This document shows, piece after piece, positions 54,362-59,512 of a stretch of 59,512 nt of DNA. Position 1 is the stretch's first letter. Each line of letters opens with the position of its first letter. Source of the stretch: Candidatus Eiseniibacteriota bacterium. Lineage in GTDB: Bacteria; Eisenbacteria; RBG-16-71-46; JABDJR01; JAWXBZ01. The stretch covers positions 1 through 59,512 of the forward strand of contig JAWXBZ010000122.1 in NCBI GenBank assembly GCA_034440375.1. Reading direction: 5' to 3'. Under the pieces are notes generated by a model. The model was not told the origin of the DNA. It searched no databases and saw only the letters and a program-made list of their open reading frames with translations. The translations under genes were made by a program, and so were the position numbers.

Positions 54362-56266
54362 TTGGCCGAAACTTTGCCAACAGACCACCATCGACATCCC
54401 CCAAAGGGCCGCTATCTCTACGTCCTGATGCTGACGGCACTCGGTGTCGTCTTCGGGGACATCGGCACGAGCCCCCTCTACGCCATGCGGGAATGTTTCC
54501 ACGGGCCGCACGCGATCGAGGCGTCGCCCGCGAACATCATGGGCGTGCTGTCACTGATCTTCTGGTCGCTGATCATTGTCATCTCGATCAAGTATCTCGG
54601 CTTCATCCTGCGCGCGGACAACCGCGGCGAGGGAGGCATTCTCTCACTGTCCGCCCTGGCCAATCGGACCGCGCGGGGCAAGGACACCCAGCGGATGATC
54701 ATCGCGGCCCTCGGTATTTTCGGGGCGGCGCTCCTCTATGGCGACGGCATCATCACGCCGGCCATTTCGGTCCTGTCGGCGGTTGAGGGGCTGTCGCTGA
54801 TCACCCCCCTGTTCAGTAGATGGGTGCTGCCGATCACCATCGTGATCATCGTGCTGATCTTCCTGGTGCAGAAAAACGGCACCGACGGCATCGGCAAGGT
54901 CTTCGGCCCGGTCACCCTTGTCTGGTTCCTGGTCCTGGCGATCCTTGGTGTCCAGTGGACGCTTCGTTACCCGGCGGTCCTGGAGTCCGTGTTCCCGAGC
55001 CATGCGATCGACTTCTTCATGCGGAACGGGTGGCACGGCTTCCTGGTCCTCGGAACGGTCTTCCTGGTCGTCACCGGCGGCGAGGCCCTTTATGCCGACA
55101 TGGGGCACTTCGGGGCCCGCCCGATCCGGCTGATCTGGTTCTATCTCGTGCTCCCCGCGCTCATGCTCAACTATTTCGGCCAGGGAGCGTTGCTCCTGTC
55201 GGATCCAGCCAATGCCGAGAACCCGTTTTACCGCCTCGCGCCCGAGTGGGCGTTGCTTCCGCTCGTGATCCTGGCCACGGCCGCCACGTGCATTGCCAGC
55301 CAGGCGGTCATTTCCGGTGCTTTCAGCCTGACACGACAGGCCGTGCAGCTCGGCTACAGCCCGCGCGTCGAGGTCAAGCACACGTCTGCCTCCGAGATCG
55401 GCCAGATCTACGTTCCGGGAGTCAACCTCGCGTTGATGGTGGCTTGCATCTGGCTTGTCATTGAGTTCAAGACATCCAGCAACCTGGCGGCGGCCTACGG
55501 CATCGCGGTGACGGCCACCATGGGGATCACGACGGTCCTTTTCTACTTCGTGGCTCACGACAAGTGGCGCTGGCCGAAATGGATGGCGCTCAGCCTCTGC
55601 GGGGTGTTTCTCATCATCGACCTGGCGTTCTTCGGCGCCAACATCATCAAGGTGGCCGACGGTGGCTGGTTTCCGCTGGCGGTGGCTGTGATCGTCTTCA
55701 CCATCATGACCACCTGGAAGCGCGGCCGGCAGATCCTGTCGGCGCGACACGCGGAATCGGAGATTCCGCAGGTCGACTTCATCCGGATGACCCAGGAGAA
55801 CCCGCCCCACCGGGTGCCTGGAACGGCCGTCTTCATGTATCGCAATGCCACCGGCGTTCCCTCGGCGCTGCTGCACAACCTGAAACACAACCGCGTACTG
55901 CATGAACGGGTTGTTTTCCTGACCGTCATCTCGGAAGAAATCCCGCACGTTTCCGCGGAGGAACGGGTGAAAGCCGAGGACCTGGGGCACGGATTCTGGC
56001 GGGTTCTCATCCGCTACGGATTCATGCAGGATCCGGATGTGCCGGCCGCCCTCCAGATGCTGCCACCCGAAATCCTGACGCTGAAGCCGATGGAGACAAC
56101 CTACTTCCTGGGGCGCGAGACGATTGTGGCCACCGACCGTCCGGGAATGGCCGTCTGGCGGGAGCGGCTCTTCGCGCGCATGATCCGCAACGAACGGACC
56201 GCCACGTCCTTCTTCAAGCTGCCACCCAACCGCGTGGTGGAGATGGGCGAGCAGATCGAGATCTGA
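54362..56266 (+). CDS. kup: KUP/HAK/KT potassium uptake protein
   Basis: GVVFGDIGTSPLY, ADNRGEGG, YGDGIITPAISVLSAVEG, TGGEALYADMGHFG. TTG 54362 has an AAGGA RBS. Confidence 0.95.
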   Translation: MAETLPTDHHRHPPKGRYLYVLMLTALGVVFGDIGTSPLYAMRECFHGPHAIEASPANIMGVLSLIFWSLIIVISIKYLGFILRADNRGEGGILSLSALANRTARGKDTQRMIIAALGIFGAALLYGDGIITPAISVLSAVEGLSLITPLFSRWVLPITIVIIVLIFLVQKNGTDGIGKVFGPVTLVWFLVLAILGVQWTLRYPAVLESVFPSHAIDFFMRNGWHGFLVLGTVFLVVTGGEALYADMGHFGARPIRLIWFYLVLPALMLNYFGQGALLLSDPANAENPFYRLAPEWALLPLVILATAATCIASQAVISGAFSLTRQAVQLGYSPRVEVKHTSASEIGQIYVPGVNLALMVACIWLVIEFKTSSNLAAAYGIAVTATMGITTVLFYFVAHDKWRWPKWMALSLCGVFLIIDLAFFGANIIKVADGGWFPLAVAVIVFTIMTTWKRGRQILSARHAESEIPQVDFIRMTQENPPHRVPGTAVFMYRNATGVPSALLHNLKHNRVLHERVVFLTVISEEIPHVSAEERVKAEDLGHGFWRVLIRYGFMQDPDVPAALQMLPPEILTLKPMETTYFLGRETIVATDRPGMAVWRERLFARMIRNERTATSFFKLPPNRVVEMGEQIEI

Positions 56267-56282
56267 CGCCGGGAGGTTTCAA

Positions 56283-56573
56283 GTGAGCGCCTACGTCATT
56301 GTCGATATCGATGTCCAAGATCCGGCCGGCTACGAGGAGTACAAGAAGCTCGCGCCCGCCTCCATCGCGGCGTTCGGCGGACGATATATCGCCCGCGGCG
56401 GCCAGACCCACGTCCTGGAGGGTGACTGGCGGCCGAACCGCATCGTCATCCTGGAATTCGACACGGTCGACCAGGCACAGGCCTGGGTGACCTCCGAGGA
56501 ATACGCGCCGGCGCGAAAGCTCCGGCAGGCGACGGCCCGCGCCAGCATGATCGTGGTGGCAGGGGTGGACTAG
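56283..56573 (+). CDS. DUF1330 domain protein
   Basis: YEEYKK...AFGGRYIARGG...LEGDW...ILEF...AQAW..SEEY; GGAGG RBS. Confidence 0.9.
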   Translation: MSAYVIVDIDVQDPAGYEEYKKLAPASIAAFGGRYIARGGQTHVLEGDWRPNRIVILEFDTVDQAQAWVTSEEYAPARKLRQATARASMIVVAGVD

Positions 56574-56601
56574 CTCTCCCTTCCGGCTCGCAGGGGATCA
56601 C

Positions 56602-58038
56602 GTGATTGTCTTCAAATTCGGCGGCACCTCCGTTGAGGATGCCGCAGCTATTCGTCGTGCCGCCACGATTGTGGCCGGGCGACGATCACCGAACGCGGTG
56701 ATCGTCGTGTCCGCCATGGCCGGGATGACGAACGCGCTCGTCGAAGCCGCTGCCGATGCCCGCGCGGGTCGCCTTACCCGCGCCCTCGAAATTCTCGATC
56801 GGATGATCGGCCGGCATCGGTCGGCAGCGGACGATCTTGCCGGTGGCCACCTCCGTCAGGCCCTCGATGCTCGATTGGACGAAGCCCGTCTCGAAGCAGC
56901 CGAAACGCTTCGGAGCCTTGCGGAAATGCTTGAGGGGGATCCGAGCGCCGGCTCAGAATTGCCGACGGCCGCACGGCTCACGGACTCGCTCCTGGCCCAG
57001 GGCGAAATTCTCTCCTCGCACCTGACGACGTGCGGATTCAGCGCCGCTGGTCTCCCCACCCGTTTCCTGGATATCCGACCGATGATGCGGACGAACGCCG
57101 ATTTCGGCCGGGCCGCCGTCGATCTCGGGGTGGCCGGCCCACGTCTGGCCGCCGGTTTCCGTCCCGAGCCCGGTGATGACCGGATCGTGGTGACTCAGGG
57201 GTTTATCGGATCCACTATTGGAGGAGCGACGACGACGATCGGCCGCGGTGGTTCGGATCTGACGGCGTCAATTCTCGGGGCAGCCCTCGACGCTACGGAA
57301 GTGCAGATCTGGACCGATGTGGATGGGATCATGACGACCGACCCCCGGGTCGTTCCCGGAGCCCTGCACATCGAGGTCATCTCCTTCGCGGAAGCGGCCG
57401 AGCTCGCCTACTTCGGAGCAAAGGTCCTGCATCCGAGCACGCTGGCTCCGGCCATGACGAAGAACATCCCGGTGCGGGTGCTGAATTCCCGCCGCCCGGA
57501 CGGCGTCGGAACCGCCATCGTGCGGTCGACACCGGGGGCCAAGGGACCGATCACGGCGATCGCCTTCAAGCGAGGGATCACCGTACTCAACGTCACATCG
57601 GACAGGATGCTGATGGCACACGGCTTCCTGGCCCGGCTCTTCGAAGTCTTCAGCCGGCACGAAACGGCCGTCGACATGGTGACCACCTCGGAAGTCAGCG
57701 TGTCCATGACGCTGGATGACACCCGACATCTTCCGGTCATCCGGAATGAACTGGCCCCTCTCGGTGACGTGAGCGTGGAGACGGATCAGGCCATCGTCTG
57801 TCTCGTCGGCGAGGGCCTCCGGTCATCGCCCGGCCTCGTCCCCCGTATTTTTTCAGCCGTCCAGTCGCTTCCCGTCTCGATGATTTCGCATGGCGCCTCG
57901 GCGATCAACCTGAGTTTTGTCACGCCGGGTTCGCGAGTCGAGGAGGCGGTCCGGGCCCTGCACGCCGAGTTCTGGGGCGCGGCGGTTCCGCAAACAGCTC
58001 CGGGACAATTGTCGTCCAACGCCAAAAAGATCCGCTAG
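56602..58038 (+). CDS. lysC: Aspartate kinase (lysine-sensitive AK III type)
   Basis: VFKFGGTSV, VVSAM, GEILSS, GRGGSDLTA, IWTDVDG, GAKVLHP, two ACT domains. Confidence 0.9.
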   Translation: MIVFKFGGTSVEDAAAIRRAATIVAGRRSPNAVIVVSAMAGMTNALVEAAADARAGRLTRALEILDRMIGRHRSAADDLAGGHLRQALDARLDEARLEAAETLRSLAEMLEGDPSAGSELPTAARLTDSLLAQGEILSSHLTTCGFSAAGLPTRFLDIRPMMRTNADFGRAAVDLGVAGPRLAAGFRPEPGDDRIVVTQGFIGSTIGGATTTIGRGGSDLTASILGAALDATEVQIWTDVDGIMTTDPRVVPGALHIEVISFAEAAELAYFGAKVLHPSTLAPAMTKNIPVRVLNSRRPDGVGTAIVRSTPGAKGPITAIAFKRGITVLNVTSDRMLMAHGFLARLFEVFSRHETAVDMVTTSEVSVSMTLDDTRHLPVIRNELAPLGDVSVETDQAIVCLVGEGLRSSPGLVPRIFSAVQSLPVSMISHGASAINLSFVTPGSRVEEAVRALHAEFWGAAVPQTAPGQLSSNAKKIR

Positions 58039-58039
58039 A

Positions 58040-58603
58040 TCAGATCGTCCCGTCCTCGTCGTCGATGAGGCGGTACCCAGTAGCCGCCGGAACGGGATCC
58101 GAAGACGTGGCCGTCGAGGACTCGGCGCCCCGCGGCACGGCGCGGACGGCATCGCCGACGTGAATCGTGCCGCCCGCGATCACCCGACTCAGCATGCCGA
58201 TGGCCGGCTGGAACTCGCGCAGCGGCTTCCCCTGGGAGTGCTCGAGGCGGCTGCAGCCGGTGCGGGGCTTGGTGATCTCGAGTACAACGTCGGCGCCGAT
58301 TCGGAACTGATCACCGGGCAGGAGCTCCTCCACGCGGAGGCCGGCCACGATGAGCTGCTCACCCATTTCGCCGGGCTTCGTACGGTAACCGAGCGCCGCC
58401 AGTGATTCGAGCCACTCCGCGGACAGGATGTTGACCTGCCGCACGGAGCCCTTGCGGGCCTTCTGATCACCCGCCAGGCCGAAGTCGGCCACGACCTCGA
58501 TTGCATCGACCGGTACGCGGATGAAATCGTCCAGGCGGTCATCGGCGGCGTATGAGCGGTCGAGTGGCTGGTGCACGATGCTGGTCAACGTTCCGGCGGA
58601 CAT
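58040..58603 (-). CDS. MOSC domain protein
   Basis: GLAGD, RQVNIL, MGEQL, EITKPRTGC, GMLSRVIAGGTIHVGD; GGAG RBS. Confidence 0.85.
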   Translation of the reverse strand: MSAGTLTSIVHQPLDRSYAADDRLDDFIRVPVDAIEVVADFGLAGDQKARKGSVRQVNILSAEWLESLAALGYRTKPGEMGEQLIVAGLRVEELLPGDQFRIGADVVLEITKPRTGCSRLEHSQGKPLREFQPAIGMLSRVIAGGTIHVGDAVRAVPRGAESSTATSSDPVPAATGYRLIDDEDGTI

Positions 58604-58627
58604 GCGCAATCTCCTGGATGAACGGTT

Positions 58628-59512
58628 CTAGGCTTCCGAACGACTGACAACGATCCGGCCCGACGAGGATTCGACGATCCGTCCGATGACCGCGGCGTCG
58701 GCCACTCCCGCGGCGTGGAGCGCCAGGAGCAACGTTTCGGCGTCATCGGCGCGCACAGAGGCCAGCAGGCCGCCGGACGTTTGCGCATCGCACAGGAGAA
58801 GCTGCTCCTCCTTGGTGAGATCGCCACCCCAATCGACCCAATCGCCGCTCAGGAACCGCCAGTTGGCGTGCGTGCCGCCGGGGGCGATCCCATCGCCGAT
58901 GTAGGTAACGGCGGCGCCGATGAGCGGCACGCGGTCGAACCAGACCCAAGCCGTCACCCCGCTGGCGGCGACGATGTTCCGTAAATGTCCCAGCAGGCCA
59001 AAGCCCGTGATGTCGGTCAGCGCATGGACCCCGGTCGTGGTCAGCACCTCCGCGGCGGCGCGGTTCAACGTCGTCATGATTCGGATGGCTTCGCCAATCG
59101 CATTCAGTCGATCCGTCCCCTGCTTGGCGGCGGTGGTGATGATCCCGAGGCCGATCGGCTTGGTCAGGATGAGGGCATCGCCTGGTCGCGCCTTCGCGTT
59201 CGTCAGCACGCGATCGGGGTGAATGGTGCCGACCACCGCCAGCCCGAAGATCGGCTCGTCGGTGCGTATGGTGTGTCCGCCCACGATATCAATGCCGGCC
59301 TCGTGCGCCTTGTCGGCGGCGCCGCGCAGAATTTCCCCCAGGACGGAAGGCGGGAGGGTGTCCTCGGGAAAACCGACGATGTTGAGCGCACAGACGGGCC
59401 GCCCCCCCATCGCGTACACATCCGACAGCGCATTGGCGGCCGCCACCTGCCCGAAGTCATACGGCTTGTCCACGATCGGCGTGAAGAAATCGGTGGTCAG
59501 GACCAGCGCCAG
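58628..59512 (-). CDS. selD: Selenide, water dikinase (selenophosphate synthetase), 5' end outside the window
   Basis: TTDFFTPIVD, AAANALSDVYAMGG, GGHT, LTKPIGLG, TDITGFGLLGH, DAQTSGGLL. Confidence 0.92.
   Translation of the reverse strand: MALVLTTDFFTPIVDKPYDFGQVAAANALSDVYAMGGRPVCALNIVGFPEDTLPPSVLGEILRGAADKAHEAGIDIVGGHTIRTDEPIFGLAVVGTIHPDRVLTNAKARPGDALILTKPIGLGIITTAAKQGTDRLNAIGEAIRIMTTLNRAAAEVLTTTGVHALTDITGFGLLGHLRNIVAASGVTAWVWFDRVPLIGAAVTYIGDGIAPGGTHANWRFLSGDWVDWGGDLTKEEQLLLCDAQTSGGLLASVRADDAETLLLALHAAGVADAAVIGRIVESSSGRIVVSRSEA

Noticed and set aside
56574-56601. Possible lysine riboswitch ahead of lysC
   Set aside because: The intergenic gap is only 28 nt.
1-59512. CRISPR arrays, rRNA, IS/transposase, integrase, defence systems and in-frame UGA selenoproteins (considered because of selD)
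   Set aside because: No spaced repeats, catalytic motifs or UGA-at-Cys positions were found by eye; TlpA has an ordinary CGPC.

Overview
High-GC (roughly two-thirds GC by eye) chromosomal window from a diderm bacterium. Four secreted proteins with C-terminal FlgD-Ig/Por-tail-like domains suggest an FCB-related lineage such as Ca. Eisenbacteria/Latescibacterota (inference only). I found about 40 genes and no tRNA, rRNA, CRISPR array or mobile element. The best candidate for an undescribed system is 1-9793. Two divergent operons there encode two NTT/TLC (ATP/ADP-translocase family) carriers, one fused to HEAT repeats and coupled to a cNMP-binding protein, plus an Omp85-type barrel, an exported atypical kinase with intact catalytic motifs, and a lipoprotein metallophosphoesterase. 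The two operons share a dyad-symmetric double sigma54 -24/-12 element. Other content: a 2181-aa BNR/repeat surface protein, glutamine synthetase III, a CzcCBA-type efflux operon with repeated Cys/His motifs, an APC permease and bifunctional PBP sharing a palindromic -10, a sigma54-driven ORF-less structured region (candidate sRNA), an M4 protease with a possible inhibitor lipoprotein, an ECF sigma/anti-sigma operon with a distant paralog under a matching promoter, GH9, TlpA, a CAP protein, a doubly disrupted Ser/Thr kinase, ATL, S9 peptidase, kup, lysC, MOSC and selD (partial). All family calls come from motif recognition by eye, with no database searches. Many start codons were moved from the ORF track using RBS and promoter evidence.
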